The notes under the pieces are model-generated. The model searched no databases and had not been told where the DNA came from. It worked only from the letters and a program-made list of their open reading frames with translations. A stretch of 64,000 bases of DNA from NCBI GenBank assembly GCA_963810935.1, contig CAWEPK010000009.1, positions 312,562 through 376,561 on the forward strand. Reading direction: 5' to 3'. The position numbers and the translations under genes are program-made. Positions 1 through 9,570 of this stretch are shown one piece after another (the stretch's first letter is position 1; every line of letters begins with the position of its first letter). Source of the DNA: an uncultured delta proteobacterium (GTDB taxonomy: Bacteria; Desulfobacterota; Syntrophorhabdia; Syntrophorhabdales; WCHB1-27).

Positions 1-494
1 TCCTTAAAGAAACCGCGCATCTTCTCGCGCGTAACCTCGTGAGACTGGTCTTCGCCCGGATGCGGAGCGATCTGTTTTCTAGGGGAGACGAGCAGGTCGA
101 GTATGCGCTCTTCCGCCAGGTCCTTCGCCTTCTCTATGACGCGCTCCTGCTCTTCCTTCTTTACCATGTTCACCGATAGCTCCGTCAGGTCTCTTATCAT
201 CGACTCGACGTCTCTGCCCACGTAGCCGACCTCGGTGAATTTCGTGGCCTCTATCTTCAGAAAAGGCGCGTTGGCGAGCTTGGCGAGGCGCCTCGCGATC
301 TCCGTCTTGCCCACGCCGGTCGGACCTATCATGATGATGTTCTTGGGCGCTATCTCGTCCCTGAGCGACTCCGGTATCATTTGCCGCCGCCACCTGTTGC
401 GCAGGGCGATGGCAACAGCCCTCTTCGCATTATTCTGGCCTATGATATACCGGTTAAGCTCTTCCAGGATGGCCCGGGGTATCATCGTTTTCAT
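1..494 (-). CDS. hslU: ATP-dependent protease ATPase subunit HslU (5' part; runs off window)
   Basis: Manual translation from ATG at 494: [37 protein letters not shown]...[22 protein letters not shown]...[22 protein letters not shown]; directly follows hslV. Confidence 0.96.
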   Translation of the reverse strand, partial: MKTMIPRAILEELNRYIIGQNNAKRAVAIALRNRWRRQMIPESLRDEIAPKNIIMIGPTGVGKTEIARRLAKLANAPFLKIEATKFTEVGYVGRDVESMIRDLTELSVNMVKKEEQERVIEKAKDLAEERILDLLVSPRKQIAPHPGEDQSHEVTREKMRGFFK

Positions 495-1019
495 TTATAA
501 CTCCTCTATGGCGATCCTGTCGTTAGTGTAGATGCATATCTCGGCCGCAATAGCCATGGCCTCTTTGACCACGTCAAGGGCCGACAGGTCCGTATGCTTG
601 ACCAGCGCCTTGGCCGCGGCCTCCGCGTAAGGACCACCCGAGCCTATGGCGGCCACTCCGCCGTCCGGCTCGATCACGTCGCCCGTCCCCGAAAGGATAA
701 ACGTGTGCTCCGCGTCGGCCACAAGCAGCAATGCCTCAAGCCGGCGCAGCATGCGGTCCGTCCTCCAGTCCTTCGCCAGCTCGACGGAGGCGCGTGTGAT
801 ATTCCCGTTGTATTGCTCCAGCTTCTTCTCGAAGCGCTCGAAAAGGGTGAACGCGTCGGCCGTCGCGCCCGCAAAGCCCGCCAGGCACCTGTCCTGGTAG
901 AGCTTGCGCACTTTTTTCGCGGTACGCTTCAATATAGTGTTCTGGAACGTAACCTGGCCGTCACCGGCCAATACGACCTTATTGTTCTGCCTTACGCATA
1001 GGATTGTCGTGCTTTTCAT
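495..1019 (-). CDS. hslV: ATP-dependent protease peptidase subunit HslV
   Basis: MKS-TTIL N-terminal Thr nucleophile, [35 protein letters not shown]; start moved to MKSTT. Confidence 0.97.
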   Translation of the reverse strand: MKSTTILCVRQNNKVVLAGDGQVTFQNTILKRTAKKVRKLYQDRCLAGFAGATADAFTLFERFEKKLEQYNGNITRASVELAKDWRTDRMLRRLEALLLVADAEHTFILSGTGDVIEPDGGVAAIGSGGPYAEAAAKALVKHTDLSALDVVKEAMAIAAEICIYTNDRIAIEEL

Positions 1020-1020
1020 T

Positions 1021-1905
1021 CTATCGTCTCGGATGGGCTTTGTCATATATCTCCATGAGCTTGTCCATGGAGACGTGCGTGTATCTCTGCGTAGTGGAGA
1101 GATTCGAGTGGCCCAGCAGCTCCTGTATGCTCCTCAGGTCCGCCCCGCCGTTCAGCATGTGGGTGGCGAAGGAGTGCCTGATGCCGTGAAGCGCCAGGTC
1201 TTTGAAAAGATTTGCGCTCATCTGGTGCTTTTTCATCACTTTCAAAAGACCCCTGTAAGAAAGCCTCGTCCCTTCCCTGTTGACGAAGAGGGCCGCAACA
1301 GACGCCTTTCTCCTGTTCCCGGCCTCCCTCATGTATGCCGACAGGGCCGAGCCCGCCTTCTCGCCGAAAGGGAGCACGCGCTCTTTCCCGCCTTTCCCTT
1401 TGACGATGGCCCACGAGCCTTCGAGGTGGACGTCGGTTACGTCAAGGCCCAGCGCCTCGGCAGCCCGCATCCCCGTCGAGTAGATCAGCTCGAATACCGC
1501 CCTGTTGCGCAACGATATCCAGGTCTGCTCGGGCAGCGTATCGAGGAAGTGGAACATCTCGTCAACGGTGTAGAACTTGGGCAGCCGCTTCTCGGTCCTC
1601 GGACTCTTCACGAGAAGGGCCGGGTTCTCGGCGATGTGCCCCTTCTTCTTGAGGAACTTGAAGAAGACCCTGATGGTCGATATCTTCCTCGACAAAGACG
1701 ACTTCTTCAATCCCCCATAAATATCGGCGATATAGGCCCTGATCGCCTGGTGGTCCACCTCAGTGCACCCGCTCTCGCCGAGGAAGCGCAGGAAATCCCT
1801 CAGGTCGCCGATGTAGGCCCGCATAGTGTGTGACGACACCCCCTTCTCGTCGGACAGATAACGGGAGAAGGCGGGCAGAAATGTGCTCATCGCCTGTGAA
1901 TCCAT
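1021..1905 (-). CDS. xerC: Tyrosine recombinase XerC
   Basis: [40 protein letters not shown] catalytic motifs; conserved xerC-hslV-hslU order. Confidence 0.92.
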   Translation of the reverse strand: MDSQAMSTFLPAFSRYLSDEKGVSSHTMRAYIGDLRDFLRFLGESGCTEVDHQAIRAYIADIYGGLKKSSLSRKISTIRVFFKFLKKKGHIAENPALLVKSPRTEKRLPKFYTVDEMFHFLDTLPEQTWISLRNRAVFELIYSTGMRAAEALGLDVTDVHLEGSWAIVKGKGGKERVLPFGEKAGSALSAYMREAGNRRKASVAALFVNREGTRLSYRGLLKVMKKHQMSANLFKDLALHGIRHSFATHMLNGGADLRSIQELLGHSNLSTTQRYTHVSMDKLMEIYDKAHPRR

Positions 1906-2028
1906 GGAGTATTATTGTATTACGTTTTCGCAAATAATCAAGCCTTTTCAGCTATTCCGGCACGGCAGGGGGCATCCGAATCCGTGGATCTATTGACTTC
2001 CCCGGCCCCGCCGTGCTACACAGAAGAA

Positions 2029-3954
2029 ATGCGGTACCCCCATGTCTTTTCATCAGGCCGCATCGGCCCCCTGACTGCGAAAAACCGGATCAAGTACGCA
2101 GCCACAGAGACGAACTTCAACAGCCAGGACGGCTTCGTAACGGACAAGGAGATCGCCTACCTTACGGCGCAGGCGAAAGGCGGCGCAGGCATCGTCACTA
2201 CCCAGGGCGCCTATCCCGACCTCCCGGGTGAGGGCAAGGGCTTCCGGGGGACCATGTCGATCGCGCACGACAGCTTCATCCCCGGCCTCGCAAAACTGGC
2301 CCGGGCGATAAAAGATAACGGGGCACTCTCGTGCCTTCAGATACTCCATTGCGGGCGCGAGGGCGGCGTGGACCTCGACTATTGCCTGATGCCCTCCGTC
2401 GTGCCCCAGCGCCTCTCCTATTTCAAGCCGCCACGCGAGATTACCGCTGCCGGGATCAGACAGGCGGTAAAGGACCATGCCGCGGCAGCACGGCGGGCAG
2501 TCGAGGCGGGCTACGACATGATCGAGCTGTCCGGCATCGTCGGCTACCTCATATCGACGTTCATCAGCCGCTACACGAACAAGCGGCAGGACGAATACGG
2601 GGGCGAGACCTTGAGGGAAAGGTGCCGCCTGATGGTCGAGATCCTGGGCGCGGTGAAGGCCGAGGCCGGGAAGGTGCCCGTCGGAATAAGGCTCTGCGGG
2701 GCCGAAATCCTGGAAGACAGGGGAGGCAACCCCCTGGAAGAGAGCATCGAGAGCTTCGCCATCGCCGAGGAAGCGGGGGCTGATTTCGTAAGCGTCACCG
2801 TCGGATGGCACGAATCGTCCATATCGGTCATCACCCGCGACGTGCCGATGGGCCACTGGCTCTGGGTGGCCGAGCGGGTGAAAAAGGCCGTGAGCGTGCC
2901 GGTTATGATGGCTTTCCGGCTTTTCCTGCCCCATATACCGGAAAAGGCGATTGCCGGCGGCTCAATCGATTTCTGGGAGGCGTGCAGGCCGATGATAGCC
3001 GACCCGGAGCTGCCATTAAAGGCGGCCGAAGGAAGGGAAGCCGAGATCGTCCCGTGCATAGCCTGCAATCTTTGCTTCTCCCGCCTCTACTACCACCAGC
3101 CCATCATGTGCACGGTAAGGCCGACGCTGGGCCACGAAGGCGAGGAGGAGTGGGGCTATTACGGCTTTGCGCCTGTGAAAAGGAAAAAAAGGGTCGGCAT
3201 TGTCGGCGGAGGTCCTGCCGGCTTGCAGTGCGCGGCAGCGGCAGCGAGGAAAGGCCACGAGGTCTTTCTATGGGAGAAGGGGTCGTCCCTTGGCGGCAGC
3301 ACCCTTCTGGCCGCGAAAGTAGACGAGGGCGACGACGAGCTTTTGCGCCCGGTCCGTTACCTCGAAGGGGAGTGCCGCAAGGCAGGCGTCACCATAGAGC
3401 TGAACCGGGAGTGCTCGCCGGAGATGCTTGCCGCCTGCGGCCTGGACGCGCTCGTTATCGCAACGGGTGCAGGCTTCGTGCGGCCCCTGCCCGGCCCCTG
3501 CCTCGACCCCGAAGAAATAATATCCAAAGGCAAAAGGCCGGGAAAATCAGTACTCATCCTTGGCGGCGACGGGGCGGGCCTCGCCACGGCCGTCTACTTG
3601 CTCCGGACGGGCGATTATGACATCACGATTGCGGAGGCGTCGGGTAAGCTCGGCCGCGACGTAAGCCCCTTCTACCTGTGGCGCTATCTCAAGCTTTTCA
3701 GGGAGCGGGGCGTCGTGAGTCTGACACGGGCGCGCGTCACGCCCGGACCGGGCAAAGGCGTCACGGTCACGACACCGAAGGGAGACAAGGCCATAGAGGC
3801 GGACGTCGTTACCGCCCTAAGGCAGACTCCGGAAAACCTGAAGTCACGCTACGAGCGGTGCGCGCCGGAGGTCTATCTACTGGGAGACGCGAAACGGCCG
3901 AGGAGGCTCCATAACGCCATCCACGACGGCTACCGCCTGGGGTTACAGCTATGA
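2029..3954 (+). CDS. NADH:flavin oxidoreductase, Old Yellow Enzyme family, with 4Fe-4S and FAD/NAD domains (FadH/BaiH-like architecture)
   Basis: TIM-barrel motifs (AKGGAGIV, TNKRQDEYGG, RPMIADP), CIACNLC...C cluster, GGGPAG dinucleotide fold; ATG at 2029. Confidence 0.88.
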   Translation: MRYPHVFSSGRIGPLTAKNRIKYAATETNFNSQDGFVTDKEIAYLTAQAKGGAGIVTTQGAYPDLPGEGKGFRGTMSIAHDSFIPGLAKLARAIKDNGALSCLQILHCGREGGVDLDYCLMPSVVPQRLSYFKPPREITAAGIRQAVKDHAAAARRAVEAGYDMIELSGIVGYLISTFISRYTNKRQDEYGGETLRERCRLMVEILGAVKAEAGKVPVGIRLCGAEILEDRGGNPLEESIESFAIAEEAGADFVSVTVGWHESSISVITRDVPMGHWLWVAERVKKAVSVPVMMAFRLFLPHIPEKAIAGGSIDFWEACRPMIADPELPLKAAEGREAEIVPCIACNLCFSRLYYHQPIMCTVRPTLGHEGEEEWGYYGFAPVKRKKRVGIVGGGPAGLQCAAAAARKGHEVFLWEKGSSLGGSTLLAAKVDEGDDELLRPVRYLEGECRKAGVTIELNRECSPEMLAACGLDALVIATGAGFVRPLPGPCLDPEEIISKGKRPGKSVLILGGDGAGLATAVYLLRTGDYDITIAEASGKLGRDVSPFYLWRYLKLFRERGVVSLTRARVTPGPGKGVTVTTPKGDKAIEADVVTALRQTPENLKSRYERCAPEVYLLGDAKRPRRLHNAIHDGYRLGLQL

Positions 3955-4145
3955 TACCGACTATCGATAAGGACATCTGCACCGGCTGTAAGAAGTGCAT
4001 GGAAGTTTGCCCGCCCCTTGCCATAGCGGAAGAGGACGGAAAGGCCCGTATCGAGGAGGAGTTTTGCGAGGAGTGCGGCTTCTGCGCCGCTGCCTGTCCT
4101 GCGGACGCCATCGAGATAGCCTTCCCGAAGTCCGGGACAGCCTGA
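3951..4145 (+). CDS. 2x[4Fe-4S] ferredoxin
   Basis: CTGCKKCMEVCP and CEECGFCAAACP; ATGA overlap with upstream gene. Confidence 0.93.
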   Translation: MIPTIDKDICTGCKKCMEVCPPLAIAEEDGKARIEEEFCEECGFCAAACPADAIEIAFPKSGTA

Positions 4146-4212
4146 CCCCGTAAGTACCGGTTTGGATGCAGAAGAAACCTGCTCCGGCCCGCTGCCTCAG
4201 GCGCTGCCGGGG

Positions 4213-4241
4213 TTGATAATTTGCCGTTTTCCGTGTATAAT
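4213..4241 (+). promoter_or_regulatory. sigma70-type promoter of tig-clpP-clpX
   Basis: TTGATA-17 bp-TATAAT with TG before the -10. Confidence 0.7.
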
Positions 4242-4296
4242 AGCATGTTCACACACTAAAATATTTTCCCCCTTTTCTGATGATTGCGGAGGACGA

Positions 4297-5574
4297 ATGA
4301 AGGTAGAAGTCGAGAGTCTCGATAAGGTTCGGAAGAACATCGAGGTAATCCTGGAGGCAGACAAGGTAGAAGAGCTGCGCGAAGGGATTTACCAGGATTT
4401 AAAGAAGCAGGCGAAGATCAAGGGTTTCCGGCCGGGAAAGGTCCCGAAGTCCGTTATCCAGGCATATTACAAGGAATTCATCGACGACGAGCTGAAGAAG
4501 AAGATGGTGGAGTCGACGATGGGAGAGGCCCTGTCCGGGACGGACATCCGGCCCGTCAGCGAGCCGAGGGTCCAGTTCTTCGAAGGGGACGACAAGGTCG
4601 GGTACAAGATGGAGATCGAGGTCATCCCGGAAATCGACCTGCCTGCCTACGAAGGCATAGAGGTTGAGGTGGCGCCCGTCAAGGTGACGGATGAAGAGAT
4701 CACCCGGCGGATCGAGGACATGCGGGAGACCCACGCCCAGATGGTGGACAAGCCCGGGGACCACGCGGCTGCAAAAGGCGATTTCGTGATCATCAAATAC
4801 GAGGCTACGCACGATGGCAAGCCGGTTAAGGGCGTCGCCTCGGAATCGTACCCGCTCGACTTGAGCAGCTCCAACCTGATGCCGGAGTTCGAAGTCGGGG
4901 TTACCGGCATGAAAGTGGGCGAAGAGAAGGAAATTGAGATTAATTTTGCAGGGGATTATCCCGATAAGGATATAGCGGGGAAGAAGCTTCTTTTCAAGGT
5001 GGCCGTAAAGGAAATCAAGGAGAAGAAGCTGCCGGAGATCGGCGACGATTTCGCGAAGGACGCGGGTTTCACGGACATGGAGGCCTTGAAGAGCGAAGTA
5101 ACGAAAGAACTCGAAAAGGGGAAAGAGGCCATGCAGAAGCAGGCGATCAAAGACGAGATCGCGAACCACCTGGTCGCCAATACCGATATCCCCGTGCCTG
5201 CCAGGCTCCTTGAAAAACGCGTGGAAGAGTTCGTACAGGAGGCCCGGTCGCGGATGAAGACGGGCGCCCTGACCGATGAGCAGGAAGGCAGCTTCAACGC
5301 GGCCCTGAGCAAAGAGTACGGGCCGGAGGCGGAGAGGCGCATAAAGATCGGCATAATCTTCGGCAAGATAGCGGAAAAGGAAGGTATAAAGGTCGATGAC
5401 GCGGAGGTAGACGAGCGCTTGAGGAGAATTGCGGAAGAAACCAAGAGGGCTTATGATTATGTAAGAGAATTCTACGACAAATACGACCTCACAGCCAACC
5501 TCAGGAATAGTATACTCGAGGAGAAGACGGTCGGTTTTCTCATAGAGAAGGCAACGGTAAAGGAGAAAGAATGA
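4297..5574 (+). CDS. tig: Trigger factor
   Basis: GFRPGKVP ribosome-binding motif, FKBP-like middle domain; SD GGAGG before ATG 4297; tig-clpP-clpX order. Confidence 0.96.
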   Translation: MKVEVESLDKVRKNIEVILEADKVEELREGIYQDLKKQAKIKGFRPGKVPKSVIQAYYKEFIDDELKKKMVESTMGEALSGTDIRPVSEPRVQFFEGDDKVGYKMEIEVIPEIDLPAYEGIEVEVAPVKVTDEEITRRIEDMRETHAQMVDKPGDHAAAKGDFVIIKYEATHDGKPVKGVASESYPLDLSSSNLMPEFEVGVTGMKVGEEKEIEINFAGDYPDKDIAGKKLLFKVAVKEIKEKKLPEIGDDFAKDAGFTDMEALKSEVTKELEKGKEAMQKQAIKDEIANHLVANTDIPVPARLLEKRVEEFVQEARSRMKTGALTDEQEGSFNAALSKEYGPEAERRIKIGIIFGKIAEKEGIKVDDAEVDERLRRIAEETKRAYDYVREFYDKYDLTANLRNSILEEKTVGFLIEKATVKEKE

Positions 5575-6155
5575 ACCTGGTGCCAATGGTCATTGAAAAA
5601 GACGGAAGGGGAGAGCGGGCCTTCGATATCTACTCGCGGCTCCTCAAAGAACGGATCGTCTTTTTGGGCACTGCTATAGACGACGTAGTCGCAAACCTCA
5701 TCATCGCGCAGTTGCTGTTTTTGGAATCGGACGATCCGGGAAAAGACATCTACCTGTACATCAACTCGCCTGGCGGCATAATTACCAGCGGGCTGGCCAT
5801 TTATGATACAATGCAGTATGTGAAGCCGGAAGTGGCGACGATCTGCATAGGACAGGCAGCCAGTATGGGGGCCGTGCTCCTCGCGGGCGGCGCCAAGGGT
5901 AAGCGGTACGGGCTCCCCCACGCGCGGGTGCTCATCCACCAGCCCCTGGGGGGCGTGCAGGGCCAGGCAACGGACATCGACATTCAGGCAAGAGAGATCC
6001 TGCGGATGAGAGAAGAGATCAACGCAATTTTCACGAAGCACACAGGGCAGGACATGGAGCGCATTCGGCAGGACACGGAGAGGGATTTCTACATGACCAC
6101 CGAACAAGCGCTCAAGTACGGCATCATAGATCAAATTGTGGAGAAACGAGCATGA
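5571..6155 (+). CDS. clpP: ATP-dependent Clp protease proteolytic subunit
   Basis: [36 protein letters not shown]. Confidence 0.98.
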   Translation: MNLVPMVIEKDGRGERAFDIYSRLLKERIVFLGTAIDDVVANLIIAQLLFLESDDPGKDIYLYINSPGGIITSGLAIYDTMQYVKPEVATICIGQAASMGAVLLAGGAKGKRYGLPHARVLIHQPLGGVQGQATDIDIQAREILRMREEINAIFTKHTGQDMERIRQDTERDFYMTTEQALKYGIIDQIVEKRA

Positions 6156-7411
6156 CGGTAATGAAGAAAAGCAACGGGAGAACAATGAAGCTGCATTGCT
6201 CTTTTTGCGGAAAAAGTCAGGACGAAGTAAAAAAACTGATCGCAGGTCCTATGGTTTACATCTGCGACGAGTGCATAGAGCTGTGCAACGAGATCATTCA
6301 GGAAGAGGCGAAGCGGGAGCGGTTCGAGTATATCAAGACTTCCATACCGAAGCCGCACGAGATCAGAAGGATACTCGACGAGTACGTCATCGGCCAGGAT
6401 TTCGCCAAAAAGGTGCTTTCCGTGGCTGTTTACAACCACTATAAGAGGATCGAGTCGAAGACGACCTTCGACGACGTCGAAATCCAGAAAAGCAACATCC
6501 TGATGATCGGGCCCACCGGGTCAGGCAAGACGCTGCTTGCCCAGACGCTGGCCAAGATACTGCACGTGCCTTTTACCATCGCCGACGCGACGACCCTGAC
6601 GGAAGCGGGTTACGTTGGCGAGGACGTGGAAAATATCATCCTGAACCTGCTCCAGTCCGCTGACTACAACATCGAAAGGGCGGAAAAAGGCATCGTCTAT
6701 ATCGACGAGATTGACAAGATATCGAAGAAGACGGACAGCCCATCGATCACCCGCGACGTGTCGGGCGAGGGCGTGCAGCAGGCATTGCTGAAGATCATAG
6801 AAGGCACGGTCGCCAACGTGCCGCCGAAGGGCGGCAGGAAGCACCCGCAGCAGGACTACATAAAGGTAGACACGACGAACATCCTGTTCATCTGCGGCGG
6901 CGCCTTCCACGGCCTGGAGTCGATCATCGCCAACCGTATAGGCAGGAAGAGCATCGGCTTCGGCGTAGACGTCGAGGGCGGCAGGGACAAGATGTATGGC
7001 GAGCTGATCAAAGAGGTGCAGCCGGAAGACCTGCTCAAATACGGCCTGATCCCGGAGTTTATCGGCAGGCTGCCCATCACCGCGACTCTGGAAGAGCTGG
7101 CGGAGGACGTCCTGGTCGAGATACTGAAGAAGCCTAGGAACGCCATCGTCAAGCAGTACAAGAAGCTCTTCGAGCTTGAGAACGTGAAGCTTACCTTCAC
7201 GGAAGGGGCCATCCGAGGCATCGCGAAAGAGGCCATGAAAAAGAAGACGGGCGCCCGCGGCTTGAGGTCGATCATGGAGAAAGTCATGCTCGACGTGATG
7301 TACGAGCTGCCGTCGATCTCCAACGTGAAGGAGTGCGTGGTAAGCGAGGAGGTCATCTCGAACCACGAGAAGCCGATCCTGATTTATGAGGAAGAGGCTG
7401 AAATCGCGTGA
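6152..7411 (+). CDS. clpX: ATP-dependent Clp protease ATP-binding subunit ClpX
   Basis: CSFCGK...ICDECIELC zinc finger, [24 protein letters not shown] loop; exact start uncertain (6152/6161/6185). Confidence 0.98.
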   Translation: MTVMKKSNGRTMKLHCSFCGKSQDEVKKLIAGPMVYICDECIELCNEIIQEEAKRERFEYIKTSIPKPHEIRRILDEYVIGQDFAKKVLSVAVYNHYKRIESKTTFDDVEIQKSNILMIGPTGSGKTLLAQTLAKILHVPFTIADATTLTEAGYVGEDVENIILNLLQSADYNIERAEKGIVYIDEIDKISKKTDSPSITRDVSGEGVQQALLKIIEGTVANVPPKGGRKHPQQDYIKVDTTNILFICGGAFHGLESIIANRIGRKSIGFGVDVEGGRDKMYGELIKEVQPEDLLKYGLIPEFIGRLPITATLEELAEDVLVEILKKPRNAIVKQYKKLFELENVKLTFTEGAIRGIAKEAMKKKTGARGLRSIMEKVMLDVMYELPSISNVKECVVSEEVISNHEKPILIYEEEAEIA

Positions 7412-7458
7412 CGCGCTTTACAATAGGCGCAGGAATTGATAGACTTGCGCGAAGCAAA

Positions 7459-7533
7459 GGGCGGGTAGCTCAGCGGGAGAGCATCGGCCTTACAAGCCGG
7501 GGGTCACAGGTTCAATCCCTGTTCCGCCTACCA
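7459..7533 (+). tRNA. tRNA-Val (anticodon TAC)
   Basis: Cloverleaf GGGCGGG...TCCGCCT-A-CCA; anticodon arm TCGGC-CTTACAA-GCCGG; GGTTCAATCC T-loop. Confidence 0.96.
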
Positions 7534-7550
7534 TAAAGGAGCAAAAAAGC

Positions 7551-7627
<77 letters not shown>

Positions 7628-7644
7628 AAATATCGAAAAGAATT

Positions 7645-7680
7645 ATAGGGGGTTGGATGTTTCCTTCCCCCTATTTCTTT
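7645..7680 (+). terminator. Probable intrinsic terminator after the tRNA pair
   Basis: ATAGGGGG...CCCCCTAT stem followed by TTCTTT. Confidence 0.55.
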
Positions 7681-7694
7681 ATAGTCGGTAACTG

Positions 7695-8549
7695 ATGGTC
7701 TCAGTAATCATAACCACTTATAACAGGCGCCGCTTCCTCGCCGGGGCGCTTAAGTCCGTCCTCGACCAGGACTACGCCGACAAAGAGGTTATCGTCGTCG
7801 ACGACGGCTCGACGGACGGGTCCGCCCATGATGCCGAGGGATTGCCGGTCACCTACCTGTGGAAAGAAAACGGGGGTATCAGCTCGGCCCGGAACGCAGG
7901 TATTGCCGCTGCCAGGGGGGACCACATAGCCTTCCTGGACGTCGACGACCTCTGGAAAAAGGGAAAGCTGCGCAGCCAGATGGAAATGATGGCGCGAGAC
8001 GGGCAGGCGATAAGCTACACGGACGAGATCTGGTTTATGAACGGCCGCAGGATCAACCAGAAAAAGAGGCACGCCAAATACTCAGGGTTTATATACGAGC
8101 GGTGCTTGCCCCTGTGCATCATCAGCCCTTCTTCGGCAGTCATCAAGAGGGAAGTATTCGACGACGTCGGCCTTTTCGACGAAACGCTGCCCGTGTGCGA
8201 GGACTATGATATGTGGCTGCGCATCACGTCCCGGTACGCCGTGCAGTTCGTTCCCCGGCCACTCATCGTAAAAAGGGGCGGCCACCCCGACCAATTGTCG
8301 CGCACCTTCGATGTGATGGACGCCTACCGGATAAAGAGCCTTACGAAGATGATCGAGTCGGGCAGGCTCCCCGAAACGCTTGTGCAGGCAACGCTTTCCG
8401 AGTTGCAAAAAAAGTGTGCTATCGTGGCCCAGGGCGCGCAGAAAAGGGGGAAACCGGAAGAGGCCGCCGACTACCTGGCGCTCCCCGGGACGCTCGCTGC
8501 CCGTTTCTTTGCCGACGATGAAGAACGCGACAAACCGGACGGCCGGTGA
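7695..8549 (+). CDS. Glycosyltransferase family 2
   Basis: VSVIITTYNR, VVDDGSTD, ARNAGI, FLDVDD, CEDYDMWLR. Confidence 0.92.
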   Translation: MVSVIITTYNRRRFLAGALKSVLDQDYADKEVIVVDDGSTDGSAHDAEGLPVTYLWKENGGISSARNAGIAAARGDHIAFLDVDDLWKKGKLRSQMEMMARDGQAISYTDEIWFMNGRRINQKKRHAKYSGFIYERCLPLCIISPSSAVIKREVFDDVGLFDETLPVCEDYDMWLRITSRYAVQFVPRPLIVKRGGHPDQLSRTFDVMDAYRIKSLTKMIESGRLPETLVQATLSELQKKCAIVAQGAQKRGKPEEAADYLALPGTLAARFFADDEERDKPDGR

Positions 8550-9323
8550 TTATATAGTTTTTCCTTTGGAAAGGAAGGGCGACAAGCTGATGCTTATCTG
8601 CTCGGCAGTGGCTTTCACCTGGTCGATCACGACAGGCATCTTCGCGTCGCTTATCGAGTCGGCAAATCCGACGACCCAGACGCCGGCTACCGGGAAGTGG
8701 CCGGAGTAAATGAGGCTGCCGACGGCCCTCACCCCTTTCATATACTCCTCCAGGTCTACGGCGTACCTCTGCTCCCGTGTCTTCTCCAGCTCTGCAAGGA
8801 ACTGGTCGGGGTCCGTGATGGAGTTCTCCGTGTACTTGCGAAGCCCTTTCTGGGCTATCAGGGCGCTCACCTCGCCATTGTTCATGGCGGAGAGGAATAT
8901 CTTGCCGATAACCCCGGCGACGAGGGAGGAGTGCGAGCCGATGGAGGACGATATCTTGAACTCCTTTTCCGGCTCCAGCACGTCCAGCACCTTGACCACT
9001 TCGTCTTCCCTGATTCCCAAAAAAACCGTCTCATCGACCGCCCGCAGAAGCTTTTCGAGGTATGGCCTGGCGGTCAGGGCGACGTCGGTGGTGCGCAGTA
9101 TCTTCTTCGACAGCTCGAAGAGCGTGCTGCCCGTGCTGTATTTCTTGCTCGACGGGTCCTTTACGAGGAAGCTCTCTTCCTCCAGCGACTTGAGTATCCC
9201 GAACGTGGTACTCTTGCTGATGGAGAGCGTCCGCGCAATGTCCGTAACGCCGAGAGGCTTGTTCTCTTTGACTATAAGCTTTATGACCTCTACGGCCTTT
9301 TTAAGTATCGGTGCATTATACAT
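8550..9323 (-). CDS. IclR-family transcriptional regulator
   Basis: N-terminal HTH (GVTDIARTLSISKSTTFGIL), GKIFLS, YTENSITD...YAVDLEEYMKGVRAVG. Confidence 0.92.
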   Translation of the reverse strand: MYNAPILKKAVEVIKLIVKENKPLGVTDIARTLSISKSTTFGILKSLEEESFLVKDPSSKKYSTGSTLFELSKKILRTTDVALTARPYLEKLLRAVDETVFLGIREDEVVKVLDVLEPEKEFKISSSIGSHSSLVAGVIGKIFLSAMNNGEVSALIAQKGLRKYTENSITDPDQFLAELEKTREQRYAVDLEEYMKGVRAVGSLIYSGHFPVAGVWVVGFADSISDAKMPVVIDQVKATAEQISISLSPFLSKGKTI

Positions 9324-9355
9324 GATTCACTATAATGAAAAGATCGGAAGTACTT

Positions 9356-9384
9356 ATGATAGCGTTTCGCCCGGCCGCTGTCAA
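9356..9384 (-). promoter_or_regulatory. sigma70-type promoter of the IclR gene
   Basis: Minus strand TTGACA-17 bp-TATCAT. Confidence 0.7.
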
Positions 9385-9408
9385 TAGAATTTTGCAGTCA
9401 GGCATGGC

Positions 9409-9436
9409 TTGACAAGCAACGCAGAAGTGATATAAT
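9409..9436 (+). promoter_or_regulatory. Consensus sigma70 promoter driving the structured leader and RACo gene
   Basis: TTGACA-16 bp-TATAAT with extended -10 TGn. Confidence 0.8.
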
Positions 9437-9440
9437 CTGC

Positions 9441-9566
9441 GAGCCTGGTTTAGGATAGTGAACAACCCGTCGCGACCAGGAGGTCCGGCAGACCTATCCC
9501 TTCCCGGGGCAACCCAAAGTGGCCGGCCCCGGAGACCGCGCCTTTTAGCCCGAACGGGCTTTTTTT
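9441..9566 (+). ncRNA. Unclassified structured RNA (riboswitch/attenuator or sRNA candidate) ending in an intrinsic terminator
   Basis: Bounded by a consensus promoter and AGCCC-GAAC-GGGCT-T-run; several internal stems and a possible pseudoknot; no family recognised. Confidence 0.55.
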
Positions 9567-9570
9567 CATT

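Noticed and set aside
1021..1905. Tyrosine recombinase as a sign of a prophage or integrative element
   Set aside because: The xerC-hslV-hslU context is chromosomal housekeeping; no att sites or cargo genes
9441..9500. HDV-like ribozyme, SRP RNA, SAM-I or T-box identity for the leader
   Set aside because: Only fragments match (GGCAACC, AGGTCCGG, ACCGCG); the catalytic or consensus cores are absent
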